64,000 nt of DNA from an uncultured bacterium (GTDB lineage: Bacteria > Verrucomicrobiota > Verrucomicrobiia > Verrucomicrobiales > V1-33): positions 1,302 to 65,301 of the forward strand of contig CAJBME010000367.1 in assembly GCA_903954065.1 (NCBI GenBank). Reading direction: 5' to 3'. The translations under genes and the position numbers were made by a program. The notes under the pieces were generated by a model. It was not told the origin of the DNA, did not search any database, and saw only the letters and a program-made list of their open reading frames with translations. Of the stretch, positions 51,638-61,894 are shown piece by piece; within the stretch, counting starts at the first letter, position 1, and the number at the start of each line of letters is the position of its first letter.

Positions 51638-53400
51638 GTGGCGGCTGGAGCGGCGGGGGTGCGCCATACGGTGTAGGTGAATTGCGGCTCCAAGCCGTCA
51701 TGAGTCCAGACGCGGGACCATTGGGCGGCGTCATCGAGCATGGCAAAGCCGGCGGGCAGGCGGAGTCGATTGAGTTCTTCGTAACCGGCGGCGATGTAGA
51801 GTGGCTGTTGGCGGTCGTGCGCTTCCTGTGTGGCGCGGGCCAGTTGCTCTGGGGCGTCGTCATCGCGGGCGTAGTCGAGGCCGGGCAGGTAATATTGAAG
51901 GGCTTCGGCTCCGAAGCCGAAGCCCATGATGCGGGCGCCGTTCGCCTGCGCCTGCTGCAAGACGGCGGCTGTTTCGCGGAGTGGTGAGAAACTACCCTTG
52001 GTGGTGGCGGTCAGGCCACCGGCCAGACTGAGGCCGATGGCGGCGATGATGAGGCCGGCGAGGGCGAGCGGGGCCGGCCCGCGGGGACGGGCCAGGCCGG
52101 CCGCGGCGGCGACGCCGAGGCCGGTGGCGGCGGCCAATGGCACCAGCAGGGCCAGCATAAAACGAGGGTAAAAATAGAAACCGGCGAGATGAATGGCGAC
52201 GAGGAAGAAGCCGGCGGCGGCGGTGAGTAGACCGAGACTGGCCGCGCCCGGGAGACGCTGGCGGATGGCCGTGGTGAGACCCGCGGCAGCGGTGAGCAGC
52301 ACGATACAGGCTCCCCAAGTCTGGGGCTGGCCAGTCATGGCCTGCTGGAAGAAATCGAGCAGTACCACTTCATCGAGTAGGCGCCCGTCTTGGTTTTTGT
52401 CACCCCACTGCATCGCCTGCAGCAGGTTGGGTAGGAAGAGCTGGAGCAAGAGCATGGCGCCGACGACTTGTACGGCCAGCAGGCGGGCCAGACGGTGCCA
52501 GCGCGCCGGTCCGCGATACTGCTGCCAAATCCAGAGGCCGCCGGTGGCGCACAATCCTAGGCAGACCCAGACGCTGAGCAGATGGCACCAGAGGATGAGG
52601 GCTTGGGTGAATCCAAAAAGCCACCACGCCCAAGAGGCTTGGTTGTTGGCCGGGTCGGCGGCGGTGACCGCGTTTGCGCTGCGGTCGCGGTTGGGCGCGG
52701 CGGTGCAGGCCCGCCAGAGGGACCACACTCCCAGAGTCGTCAGAGGAATCAGGAACGTGTAGCCGCGACCGTCGATTCCGTAGCGGATGTGCCACGGATG
52801 CAGGGCGAGAAAGGCTGCCGCGATGAGGCCAGCAGCCGGGGTGCCCCATGCCCGCAGCAGCAGGGCGATCATGGCGATGCCGAGCAGCGAGGCGGCGAGC
52901 CCTGGCAGCCGGAGGACGAATTCGTTGAAGTGGCCGGGCGGCGCGCCGGTGACCCGCTGCCACACCGTATGGCAGGCTTTGCTGGCCAGCGCCATGGGCG
53001 GGTGGTTGGTGGGTTTGCGGTAATTCCAGAGCGCTTGGGCGACGGTTGTTTCCCGGAACTTCAGGTTTCCGGACTTTTTGTCAGGCCGCCATTCGCCGAT
53101 GGAGGCGTGGCGGGCCTGCCAGACTTCATCCCACCACAGCGATGATCCAGCCAGCGGGAGGCGCAGGCTGGTGGCGATGAGAAGAATGGTGGCCAGCACG
53201 GGCCAGAACCATCGCGGCCGGCGGATGGGCGGGCGGGTCGCGGCGGGCGGGGCCGTCGGCTGACCGGAGCCGTCCGCCGGTTGGAAGCCGGGGCTGCGGG
53301 TCGACCACCAGCGGTGCGTCAGCCACAAAACGCCGGCTAGCACAGTGTTGACCCCGGCCGCGATCAGGGATCCCTGCTTTGCTGCAGCTAACCAGTCCAT
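51619..53400 (-). CDS. GT-C-fold glycosyltransferase (family 39 / ArnT-PMT-like) membrane protein
   Basis: Twelve or more TM segments. First-loop motif LPLAGSSLWWDEVWQARH (DE motif). About 130-aa C-terminal periplasmic domain. Confidence 0.6.
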   Translation of the reverse strand: MDWLAAAKQGSLIAAGVNTVLAGVLWLTHRWWSTRSPGFQPADGSGQPTAPPAATRPPIRRPRWFWPVLATILLIATSLRLPLAGSSLWWDEVWQARHASIGEWRPDKKSGNLKFRETTVAQALWNYRKPTNHPPMALASKACHTVWQRVTGAPPGHFNEFVLRLPGLAASLLGIAMIALLLRAWGTPAAGLIAAAFLALHPWHIRYGIDGRGYTFLIPLTTLGVWSLWRACTAAPNRDRSANAVTAADPANNQASWAWWLFGFTQALILWCHLLSVWVCLGLCATGGLWIWQQYRGPARWHRLARLLAVQVVGAMLLLQLFLPNLLQAMQWGDKNQDGRLLDEVVLLDFFQQAMTGQPQTWGACIVLLTAAAGLTTAIRQRLPGAASLGLLTAAAGFFLVAIHLAGFYFYPRFMLALLVPLAAATGLGVAAAAGLARPRGPAPLALAGLIIAAIGLSLAGGLTATTKGSFSPLRETAAVLQQAQANGARIMGFGFGAEALQYYLPGLDYARDDDAPEQLARATQEAHDRQQPLYIAAGYEELNRLRLPAGFAMLDDAAQWSRVWTHDGLEPQFTYTVWRTPAAPAATQGSEK

Positions 53401-53413
53401 ATACGAGAAATTG

Positions 53414-54874
53414 TTATAATATAACCCAGTCGGCTAGCCCTTGCCGGCCGCCATCGCGACCGAAACCGCTTTCCCTGAGGCCGCCAAACGGGCTGGCCGG
53501 ATCAAAAGCGTGGCACGAGTTTGCCCACACGACGCCGGCGCGCAGGGCCGATGCCATTTTCAGCATGCGGCTTCCTTTTTCGGTCCAGATGCCGGCGCCC
53601 AGTCCTTGGGGTGAATTGTTGGCGAGTTGCAGGGCTTCTTCGGGGGTGCGGAAAGTCATGACCGGCAGCACGGGTCCGGCGATTTCTTCGCGGGCGATGT
53701 GATGGCTGGTGGTCACGCCGTCGAGAAGGGTGGGGGCGAACCAGAACCCGCGGTTGGGAAGCGGGCCGGGCGTCTGGATCATGCGGGCACCGTCAGCCAC
53801 GGCCGCGTCCACGAGCGCGCGAATTTTTTCGAGGCGCGCCTGCGAATGAACCGCTCCGACATCTGTATTTTTATCGAGCGGGTCGCCGACGCGGAGGTGG
53901 AGCAGGCGTCGTTCGAGTTTGCGGATCACGGTGGCGGCCACGCCCTCTTGCACGAGCAGGCGGGAGCCAGCGGAGTTGGCATGCCCGTGGGTGGTCAACA
54001 CGCCGGCGATGATGCCGTCCACGGCTTGATCGAGCGGGGCGTCATCCATGATGATGTGCACGGTGCTGCCGCGGAGGGCGAGAGACAGTCGTTTTTCTGT
54101 CGAGGCGGTGGTAGTGGCGATGAGTTTGCCGGTGGCGTTTGACCCGGTGAAGGCTATGGCATCGATGTCGGGGTGGCGGACGAGTGCTTGTCCGGTGGCG
54201 GCTGGGCCGGTGACGATGTTGACCACGCCGGCTGGCAGTCCGGCTTCGGCGCAGAGGCGGGCGAGAGCGAGGGCTGTGAGCGGTGCGGTGGCGTCGGGTT
54301 TAAGGACGACGGTATTGCCGCAGGCCAGCGCCGGGGCGAGTTTCCAGGCGGCCATCAGCAGCGAGAAATTCCATGGGATGATCTGACCGCAGACGCCTAT
54401 CGGCTGTGGCTGGCGTCCGGGAAAGGCGAAGTCGAGTTTGTCGGCCCATCCGGCGTGGTGGAAAAAGTGGGCGGCGACGAGTGGCAGATGGAAGTCGCGA
54501 GATTCTCGGATCGGGTGGCCACTCTGCAGCGACTCGAGCACAGCGAGGGCTCGCGATTTTTCCTGAATGAGGCGTGAGAGGCGAAAGAGGTATTTTCCGC
54601 GTTCAGCGCCGGGCAGGGCTGACCACGAGGCCATGGCTGTGCGCGCGGCCTGAACCGCGCGGTCGACATCGCCGGCGCTGCCGACGGCTACTTCCGCCAG
54701 CGTTTCGCCGGTGGCGGGATTGATCACCGGGAGGACGCGTCCCGTTTTGGGGGCGGGCCATTTTCCGCCGATGAAGTGTCCCTGGCGCGGAGCGATCTCC
54801 GGTCTCATGGACTCGGGCGCGGGCGCGTATTCCCAGAGGCCGGGGCGGAGCGGGGCGGGGGCGGGCGAGGACAC
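53414..54874 (-). CDS. NAD(P)-dependent aldehyde dehydrogenase
   Basis: IIPWNFSLLMAAWKLAPALACGNTVVLKP...FTGSNATGK...LALRGSTVHIIMDDA...EEIAGPV. The catalytic Cys region is ANSAGSRLLV (atypical; see finding). Confidence 0.85.
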   Translation of the reverse strand: MSSPAPAPLRPGLWEYAPAPESMRPEIAPRQGHFIGGKWPAPKTGRVLPVINPATGETLAEVAVGSAGDVDRAVQAARTAMASWSALPGAERGKYLFRLSRLIQEKSRALAVLESLQSGHPIRESRDFHLPLVAAHFFHHAGWADKLDFAFPGRQPQPIGVCGQIIPWNFSLLMAAWKLAPALACGNTVVLKPDATAPLTALALARLCAEAGLPAGVVNIVTGPAATGQALVRHPDIDAIAFTGSNATGKLIATTTASTEKRLSLALRGSTVHIIMDDAPLDQAVDGIIAGVLTTHGHANSAGSRLLVQEGVAATVIRKLERRLLHLRVGDPLDKNTDVGAVHSQARLEKIRALVDAAVADGARMIQTPGPLPNRGFWFAPTLLDGVTTSHHIAREEIAGPVLPVMTFRTPEEALQLANNSPQGLGAGIWTEKGSRMLKMASALRAGVVWANSCHAFDPASPFGGLRESGFGRDGGRQGLADWVIL

Positions 54875-54922
54875 GGTGGCAGGGGCAGGATGGGACGGGC
54901 GGGACGGGCGGGACGAGAGCGC

Positions 54923-55465
54923 TTACCAATCGACGGCTACTTCTTGGGGGCGGCTGAAGCGGTCGAGGTATTTGACATGACCGTGGGTGCGTCCGAATTC
55001 ATGAACGGCTTTGGTGACCTTGACATCGTAGGCGCAGTATTTCGCGATTTCCATGATTCGGCCTTCGCGCCACCACTTGATGGCTTCGAGACCGTCGGCG
55101 GTTTTGCCGACGCCGAGGCTGGCGGTGGCGATGGACTCGAGTTTGAGGCGGTGGCCCAGGCGGTTTTCCAGATCGACCAGCAGATCGAGATTCACGGTCT
55201 GGCTGGGCAGGTCCCACATGGTGTACGGCTGAAGTACGGCCAGATCGAATCCGACGTGGTTGAAGCCGATGACGAGGTCAGCGGCGCGCAATTCATCGGC
55301 CAGCGCTGGTGCGGCGGCCTCGTCATAGATTTTGTAGGCTCCGGCGGCCGTGCTGTAGGTTACGCCGATGGATAGTCCCATTTTGTCTTTGTGCCCCCAG
55401 CCGCCCACGTCGCTGGCGAGGCGCTGGGTTTCGAGGTCGAAGTAGACGATGTTTTTATCGGACAT
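54923..55465 (-). CDS. RNase H-fold DEDD 3'-5' exonuclease-like protein
   Basis: IVYFDLETQ (ExoI), VIGFNHVGFDLAVL (ExoII), and AKYCAYDVKVT (ExoIII, Y-x3-D). 180 aa. Confidence 0.6.
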   Translation of the reverse strand: MSDKNIVYFDLETQRLASDVGGWGHKDKMGLSIGVTYSTAAGAYKIYDEAAAPALADELRAADLVIGFNHVGFDLAVLQPYTMWDLPSQTVNLDLLVDLENRLGHRLKLESIATASLGVGKTADGLEAIKWWREGRIMEIAKYCAYDVKVTKAVHEFGRTHGHVKYLDRFSRPQEVAVDW

Positions 55466-55494
55466 GGCGGGCGTGGTGGCGGGTGGAGTGAGGA

Positions 55495-56439
55495 TTAGTT
55501 ATTTTCGGGCGGGCGGCTGCTGCGATAGGCTTCGCGGAGGGCGGCGCGTTGTTCTTGGAATTGGGCGCGGACCGCTGGCGGCAGCGAATCTGGCAGCGGC
55601 TGGGTCAGCATCATCAGAGTTTTCACGGCCCAGTAGACGCCGAGGGAGATGGCGAAGACGAACCATGCTGCGGCGCGGGGGCGGGCGTGGACCATTTCGG
55701 TACTGACGAGGTAGTCCCAGACCATTCGGCCATTTTGCAAATACAGCATGAGGGAAATCAGCGAGCCGAAGAGTGCCCATTGTGGATGTCCGAGGCCCCA
55801 AGCGAAGACCCAGATAAAGAACCCGCGTTTCAGCGCGCGCATCAGGCTGGGCAGGCTGCCATCCAGACTGCGGACGTGCAGGTTGAATAGCCATTTTCCC
55901 GGAGTGGTGCCGAAGTGGGACAGTAGCCAGGCTTCGACCCCGACCCACGCGAGCGCCTGCAGCGGGACAAACCAGAACCCATAGAGCGTGGGAAACGTGA
56001 AAGCGCCTGCGGGCAGCAGACCGGTGGTCGCGCCCGCGCCGCACACTAGCGAGAACCACAGCATGGAATCAAACGAGCGGGCGAGAAACCGGGGTAACGC
56101 CCGGCGGCTGAACGCGTGCCATTTTCCTTTTTCCAATGGGGATGGTTGAGCCGTCCCCTTCTGATCGTGATGGCTGCCCCATGGGGTGGCAGCGGTGGCT
56201 GGGGCCTCATCGATTTTTTCCGTGGGGGAGGGTTCCGTTGATTCTTCCTCGGCCGGCGGCGTGGCCCCTGGTAGGTACGGCGCAATGGCGTCGATTTCGC
56301 TCAGCGGCAGCCAGCCGGTCAGGCCGCTGTGCCAGCCGAGGTCGCTGGGCGCAAGTTCGCCGCGGTCGAGCATCTCTTTGACTTGAAAGACGCGAAGGGG
56401 ACCGCGGCGGACGCTGTTTTGGGTGATGTAAAAATCCAT
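55495..56439 (-). CDS. GYF_2 (DUF4339) domain + RDD-family membrane protein
   Basis: MDFYITQNSVRRGPLRVFQVKEMLDRGELAPSDLGWHSGLTGWLPLSEI is a GYF_2-type N-domain. The C-terminal half has an RDD-like 3-TM region (LPRFLARSFDSMLWFSLV...). Confidence 0.65.
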   Translation of the reverse strand: MDFYITQNSVRRGPLRVFQVKEMLDRGELAPSDLGWHSGLTGWLPLSEIDAIAPYLPGATPPAEEESTEPSPTEKIDEAPATAATPWGSHHDQKGTAQPSPLEKGKWHAFSRRALPRFLARSFDSMLWFSLVCGAGATTGLLPAGAFTFPTLYGFWFVPLQALAWVGVEAWLLSHFGTTPGKWLFNLHVRSLDGSLPSLMRALKRGFFIWVFAWGLGHPQWALFGSLISLMLYLQNGRMVWDYLVSTEMVHARPRAAAWFVFAISLGVYWAVKTLMMLTQPLPDSLPPAVRAQFQEQRAALREAYRSSRPPENN

Positions 56440-56485
56440 GATGAAGATCGGAGAGGTGGCGGGCGGCGGGGGTGCGTGGCTCTGG

Positions 56486-57808
56486 CTATTCGGAGCGCAG
56501 CGCTTTGGCGGGGTCCTGACCGGCGGCGATGAAGGCGGGGATCACTCCAGCCAGTGTACTGACGATCATCGAGATGCCGCAAATAACCATCAGATCATCG
56601 GCCTGCACCTCACTGGGGATTTCACTGACGCCATAGATGGCCGGATCCAGGATTTCCACGCCAAAAAGCACCTGCACGAGCGTTTTGACCTGCATTCGAT
56701 AGTGAAGAAAGACCAGTCCTCCCAGTATTCCGCAGAGGGTGCCGAGGAACCCGACAATGATGCCCTGCTGCACAAAGACCGCGACAATTTGTGAGAGTCT
56801 GGCTCCGAGCGACCGGATGACGCCGATCTCTTTGCGTTTGTGAATGGCCACGGTGGCCAGGGTGACAATGATGCAGAAGGCGGCCACAATCATGATCAGC
56901 AACAGCAGGACATAGAGCATGCCACGCTCGCTTTCGACGGCATCGAAATACGTGCGATTGCGTTCGCGCCAGGTGTCGCACGTCCAATTTTCCGGCAGGG
57001 CGCGCTCGACCTGCTCGCGGTAGCGGCCGACGTCGAGGGCATCGGGAGTGGTGATGCCGAGGTAGTCGATTTGTCCGCCTTTGACCATCATTTCGGCTCC
57101 GATGTGAAGGGGGATGAAGATGGGGACCATTCGTTGCGGAGTGCGGAAAATGCCGGTGATGACGAGTTCGGCCGGCTGCACGACTTGTTTCATTTTTTCG
57201 AACCAGGCGTCTGGCTCGCCGCGTTCTTCCTTGGGAGTTTTTTCCCATTGATCGATCATCTGGTACGCTTCCTCCGCGTTGCGGAATGACTGGACGGTAA
57301 TGGTGTCTCCGACGGTCACGCCTAGGCGCATGGACATGTCTTCAGAGATAAGGGCATGATCACCATCCAGATCGGCGGAACCTTCGATAAACCGCAGTTT
57401 TGTCTCGAGGCCGGCGGTTCGGGGGTCGATGGCACTCAGCTGCACAGGTACGAGGCTTTTGCGGCCGTCTTGGCGCGGCATTTCCACGGTGCCCGGTACC
57501 TCGATGGCGGCGGTGACTGCGGTCACGGCGGTGGTCAGGGTGCGCAGGTTTTCGGCGACGGCTCGCCAGTTGGGCGGGGATTCGGAGGACGTCCCCTCTG
57601 GCCATGAATGTTCGATGGCGACAATGTGCGGCTCGAACGACAGCAATTCCTCGCGGACTTTTTTCTGAATGCCGTTGATGACGCTCATGACGACGATCAA
57701 GGCGCCCACCCCCAGCATCACCCCCATGACGCAAAAAAGGGTGATGACCGAGATGGCCGATCGCTTGGGCTTCAAATAGCGCAGCGCGAGGAACAAGGAA
57801 AACGGCAT
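56486..57808 (-). CDS. LolC/LolE-family lipoprotein-release ABC permease (FtsX-like)
   Basis: MPFSLFLALRYLKPKRSAISVITLFCVMGVMLGVGALIVVMSV, a MacB-like periplasmic domain, and C-terminal FtsX helices ...IGVIRSLGA... The track start at 57946 was rejected. Confidence 0.85.
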   Translation of the reverse strand: MPFSLFLALRYLKPKRSAISVITLFCVMGVMLGVGALIVVMSVINGIQKKVREELLSFEPHIVAIEHSWPEGTSSESPPNWRAVAENLRTLTTAVTAVTAAIEVPGTVEMPRQDGRKSLVPVQLSAIDPRTAGLETKLRFIEGSADLDGDHALISEDMSMRLGVTVGDTITVQSFRNAEEAYQMIDQWEKTPKEERGEPDAWFEKMKQVVQPAELVITGIFRTPQRMVPIFIPLHIGAEMMVKGGQIDYLGITTPDALDVGRYREQVERALPENWTCDTWRERNRTYFDAVESERGMLYVLLLLIMIVAAFCIIVTLATVAIHKRKEIGVIRSLGARLSQIVAVFVQQGIIVGFLGTLCGILGGLVFLHYRMQVKTLVQVLFGVEILDPAIYGVSEIPSEVQADDLMVICGISMIVSTLAGVIPAFIAAGQDPAKALRSE

Positions 57809-57965
57809 GATCAGTGACGGGACGGGTGAATGATGGAGATGAAGAAGGCGTGGCCAGCAGGAGGAACGGGCCGCTCCGGTTGGGTCACCTTGGCGGTCGT
57901 CCGGCGGTGTGTCAAAAGTCCTCCAGAGGACGCGACAGGATGGCATTGATGGTTAAAATGGCCCG

Positions 57966-60062
57966 ATGATTCGCATGGTATCTGGTCTGGTCCTGATTCT
58001 CATCGGGTGGAGTGACGCGCAGGTGGCCTGCGGGGCGGAGGCGTCAGCGGTGGAGATGGTCGCAGCGGCGGCCCGGCGATCGGTGGTGACGTTGCGGCAG
58101 GCTGACCGTGCGGACGGTGACGGCGGAGTCGGCACCGGTTTTGTGGTGGGTGACGGGATGATTGCTACGAATTTTCATGTGATTGGCGAGGGGAGGGCGG
58201 TGAAGATCGAGTGGCCGGACGGAGCGGTGACGGAGGCGACGACGGTCCATGCTTGGGATCGGACCATGGATTTGGCTTTGCTTGAGGGGCCGCCTCCGGA
58301 GGGAAAGACGTGGGCTGATTTTCCGCCGCTGGAGCTGGCTCCGGCCGATGGTTTGCCGCTTCCTGATGGCAGCGAGGTGATGGCGCTGGGAGCGCCGCAG
58401 GGATTAACGTCGAGTGTGGCGCAGGGCGTGCTTTCGGCTCGGCGCGAGGTCGAGGATTTTCCTGGGGTGAAGATGCTGCAGGTGGCGATGCCTATTGAGC
58501 CGGGCAACAGTGGCGGTCCGCTGCTGGACTTGGAGGGACGGGTGCATGGGGTGATCACGTTGCGCAGTCAACGCACGGCGAATCTGGGTTTTGCCCTGCC
58601 GGTTTCGGCGGTGCAGGTGTTGCTGGCCCGTCCGAATCCGGTCCCTATGGCTCGTTGGCAAACGATTGGCGCGCTGGATCCGGCGGTCTGGCAGCCGGGG
58701 CCGGGCGCCGGGGTTCGCTGGTCCCAGCGGGCGGGCGAGTTGCGGGCCGGCGGTCGGGGTGCAGGGTTTGGCGGGCGGGCGCTGTTGCTCTCGTCGGCGC
58801 CCGTGCCGTCGCTGCCGTATGAGCTTGGCGTACAAGTGCGGCTGGGCGACGAATCCGGTGCGGCGGGGCTCGTCTTTGCCGCCGATGGGGCGGACCGGCA
58901 CTACGGATTTTACCCGAGCAATGGCTCGTTGCGACTCGTCCGCTTCGACGGCCCCGATGTCTTTTCATGGACCATCCTCGCCGAAGTCCGTTCCGAACAT
59001 TACCTCCCAGGCGATTGGAATGACCTCCGAGTGCGGGTCGAGGCCGGGACTATCACCTGCTTCCTCAATGGCGAAATGGTCGTGCAATCGTCGGATACTA
59101 CTTGGCGCGAAGGACGGGCCGGACTGGCACAGTTCCGCGAAACAAACCCCGCTTTCCGGAAATTTCGCCTCGGGGTCGATCTCACCCCCTCCGCGGCCGA
59201 AGTCGAAACCGAACGATACCTGCGCGAAGCCCGACGCATGGAGGAAAGTGCCGCGCGGTTTCGCCGCTTGGCGGCTCGCACCCATCAAGCCACCATCGAG
59301 CTGGCTGTGCAGGACGCCTTGAAGGAATCGGGGGGTGGATTGATCCACGCCGCTTTGTTGCTGGCCCGACTGGATCGGCCCGACGTGGAGGTGGAGGCGT
59401 ATCGGTCGCGCATCGCGCGGCTGGGAGAAGAACTGGCCGGGCGTATCGGTGCGGAGGCGGCGAACGCCTCGCCCGAAAGTGCGCTAGCGCGGCTGAATGA
59501 GTTTTTTTTCCGGGAGAATGGATTTCACGCGGCACGCTTTGATTATGGCAATCGCGCCAATAGTCGACTGCCGGAGGTTTTGGACGACCGTGAGGGTATT
59601 CCAATCATGTTGTGTGCTTTGTATATGGAGATTGGGCGCGGGGCGGGGCTGGATCTGGTTGGGCTGCCGCGGGCGGGGCATTTTGTGGTTGGTTTGCGGG
59701 TTGCTCCGGACAAGCCGTTGATGGTCATCGATGTCTATGATGGAGGGACGATCCTCAATGAGCCCGAAACCGCGGCTCTGACGCCGGCCACGGTCCCGGA
59801 AATGGTGCTGCGGATGCTCAACAATCTCCAGTCTTTCGCGCTTGATGAGGACGATCGCCCCGCGGCCTTGCGCTACGCCAGTACGGCCGTGGCGCTCGAT
59901 CCGTTGGCGGCGCGGCTGCGTCTCGCTCGGGCCGCGCTGGCTCTCGATCAGGGTGAAGTTGCTCTGGCCAGAGATGATTTGGCCCGTCTGGAAACCACCC
60001 CGCTGGAGGTGCGTGAACAACTGCTTTTGGAACGGCTGCGGGCCGCCGTGCCGCCGCTCTGA
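57966..60062 (+). CDS. multidomain exported protein: S1C trypsin-like serine protease + DUF1080/concanavalin-like domain + SirB1-like transglutaminase-fold/TPR domain
   Basis: GTGFVVGDGMIATNFHVI...MDLALLE...PIEPGNSGGPLLDLEGRVHGV (His/Asp/Ser triad). ...YELGVQVRL...GLVFAADGADRHYGFYPSNGSLRLVRFDG...WNDLRVRVEAGTITCFLNGEMV. ...FFRENGFHAA...LPEVLDDREGIPIMLCALYMEIGRGAGLDLVGLPRAGHFVV plus a TPR-like tail. Confidence 0.7.
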   Translation: MIRMVSGLVLILIGWSDAQVACGAEASAVEMVAAAARRSVVTLRQADRADGDGGVGTGFVVGDGMIATNFHVIGEGRAVKIEWPDGAVTEATTVHAWDRTMDLALLEGPPPEGKTWADFPPLELAPADGLPLPDGSEVMALGAPQGLTSSVAQGVLSARREVEDFPGVKMLQVAMPIEPGNSGGPLLDLEGRVHGVITLRSQRTANLGFALPVSAVQVLLARPNPVPMARWQTIGALDPAVWQPGPGAGVRWSQRAGELRAGGRGAGFGGRALLLSSAPVPSLPYELGVQVRLGDESGAAGLVFAADGADRHYGFYPSNGSLRLVRFDGPDVFSWTILAEVRSEHYLPGDWNDLRVRVEAGTITCFLNGEMVVQSSDTTWREGRAGLAQFRETNPAFRKFRLGVDLTPSAAEVETERYLREARRMEESAARFRRLAARTHQATIELAVQDALKESGGGLIHAALLLARLDRPDVEVEAYRSRIARLGEELAGRIGAEAANASPESALARLNEFFFRENGFHAARFDYGNRANSRLPEVLDDREGIPIMLCALYMEIGRGAGLDLVGLPRAGHFVVGLRVAPDKPLMVIDVYDGGTILNEPETAALTPATVPEMVLRMLNNLQSFALDEDDRPAALRYASTAVALDPLAARLRLARAALALDQGEVALARDDLARLETTPLEVREQLLLERLRAAVPPL

Positions 60063-60232
60063 TGGAAGTGCTGGCCCGGCGCGTTGTTTCTGTGCGTCCG
60101 GTGATCGGGTCGTCGCGGCGTCAGGCTTTCCGCTGGCGGCCTGCGTCGTTGTCACCGAGCTGGGGGTGCGGATCTTCTTGTTGATCCGCCGCCGGGTACT
60201 GACTTGGGGCGACTGGGGAAGACGGCCGGTCT

Positions 60233-61690
60233 TTAGCTGCCGACCTGGTAGTTGACTGGTTCTTCGGTGATGACGATGTCATGGGCATGGCTTTCGCGCA
60301 GGCCACCGGCGGTGATGCGGGTGAAGCGGGCTTTGGCGCGCAGTTCGGCGAGGGTGCCGGCCCCCACATATCCCATGCCGGAGCGCAGGCCTCCGAGAAG
60401 CTGAAAAATGGTATCGCGGAGCGGTCCGCGATAAGGCACGCGTCCTTCTACGCCTTCGGGGACGAGTTTGCCGGATGAATTTTGTCCGTACCGGTCGCCG
60501 GATCCTTTGCGCATCGCTTTCAGGCTGCCCATGCCGCGGTATTCTTTGAAGGTGCGTCCTTGATGTTGGATCAGGTTGCCCGGGCTTTCGGCGGTGCCGG
60601 CGAGTAGTGACCCAAGCATGACCAGATCCGCCCCGGCTGCCATGGCTTTGACCACGTCACCAGAATAACGAATGCCGCCGTCAGCAATGACCCGTACTCC
60701 GTTTTCGCGGGCCCACGAGGCCACCGCCTGAATCGCGGAAAATTGCGGCACCCCCACTCCCGCAATGACCCGGGTCGTGCAAATACTCCCCGGACCAACG
60801 CCCACTTTGACCGCCCCGGCCCCCGCCGCATGCAGGTCGCGAGCACCTTCCGCCGTCACGACATTGCCCGCCACGACGTCAATCCCGAGCGAAGCAATTT
60901 GTTCGACCACCTGCATGACACGGGAAGTATGACCCGTCGCCGCATCAATGAACAACGCATCCGCTCCGGCTGCCTGCAGCGCGCGCGCGCGATCCAGCGC
61001 ATCTTCGCCTACCCCGACCGCCCCGCCCACCCGTAGCTGTCCATTGGTGTCAAGACACGCATTGGTATAGCGCTGGCGCTTTTCAATGTCCTGACTGGTG
61101 ATGAGACCGGCTAGATGGCCGGTGGCATCGATCAACGGCAATTTTTCAATGCGATGCTTGTAAAGGATGCGCCGAGCTTCTTCCAAACTGGTTCCTTCCG
61201 GAGCGGTAATGAGCCGGCCGAGCGGCGTCATGACGTCCTCCACTCGTTGATCAGGGTTTTCGACAAACCAGATGTCACGGTTGGTGACCATGCCTTCGAG
61301 ACGGCCTTCGGCATCAATCACCGGAAATCCCGCCACTCCTTTGTCACTCATGAAACGGACCATTTCAGCCAACGTCATGGTGCGAGACACCGTAAAAGGA
61401 TCCGGAATCACGGTGTTCTCAGAACGTTTCACCCGGGCAATCTGGGCGGCCTGCTCGTCGATGGGCATGTTGCGGTGCACGACCCCGAGACCTCCTTCGC
61501 GAGCCAGAGCAATAGCCAGCTCAGCTTCCGTCACCGTGTCCATCGCCGCTGAAACCACAGGAATACGCAACGGGATGCGCCCGGTTAAAGTAGTGGACAC
61601 ATCAGCATCCCCAGGGAGTACCTCACTCCGTGCCGGAATCAGCAAAACATCGTCAAAAGACAGGCCCAATGGTATCGCGTGGTCGCTCAT
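60233..61690 (-). CDS. guaB: IMP dehydrogenase
   Basis: [10 protein letters not shown]...SAAMDTVTE, a CBS pair, [14 protein letters not shown] (catalytic Cys loop), and GGIRYSGD...GSLLAG. Confidence 0.95.
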   Translation of the reverse strand: MSDHAIPLGLSFDDVLLIPARSEVLPGDADVSTTLTGRIPLRIPVVSAAMDTVTEAELAIALAREGGLGVVHRNMPIDEQAAQIARVKRSENTVIPDPFTVSRTMTLAEMVRFMSDKGVAGFPVIDAEGRLEGMVTNRDIWFVENPDQRVEDVMTPLGRLITAPEGTSLEEARRILYKHRIEKLPLIDATGHLAGLITSQDIEKRQRYTNACLDTNGQLRVGGAVGVGEDALDRARALQAAGADALFIDAATGHTSRVMQVVEQIASLGIDVVAGNVVTAEGARDLHAAGAGAVKVGVGPGSICTTRVIAGVGVPQFSAIQAVASWARENGVRVIADGGIRYSGDVVKAMAAGADLVMLGSLLAGTAESPGNLIQHQGRTFKEYRGMGSLKAMRKGSGDRYGQNSSGKLVPEGVEGRVPYRGPLRDTIFQLLGGLRSGMGYVGAGTLAELRAKARFTRITAGGLRESHAHDIVITEEPVNYQVGS

Positions 61691-61894
61691 GGATAAAACT
61701 CGGTGGCGTCACCGGATACCTCTAGTCCTCTAGGCGGCTTCCCCTCCCTGTCAAAGCCGAGTTGCCCCGACCTCAGGACAAACACGAATTCTGGCTGCTT
61801 CGTTGGTCAGTCAGTCCGGTCGCTGCTTTGATGCAAGTCGCACTTCTGCATCTCATTCTTGACACCACGCGAAAAGTCCGAACTTTTAAACCTT

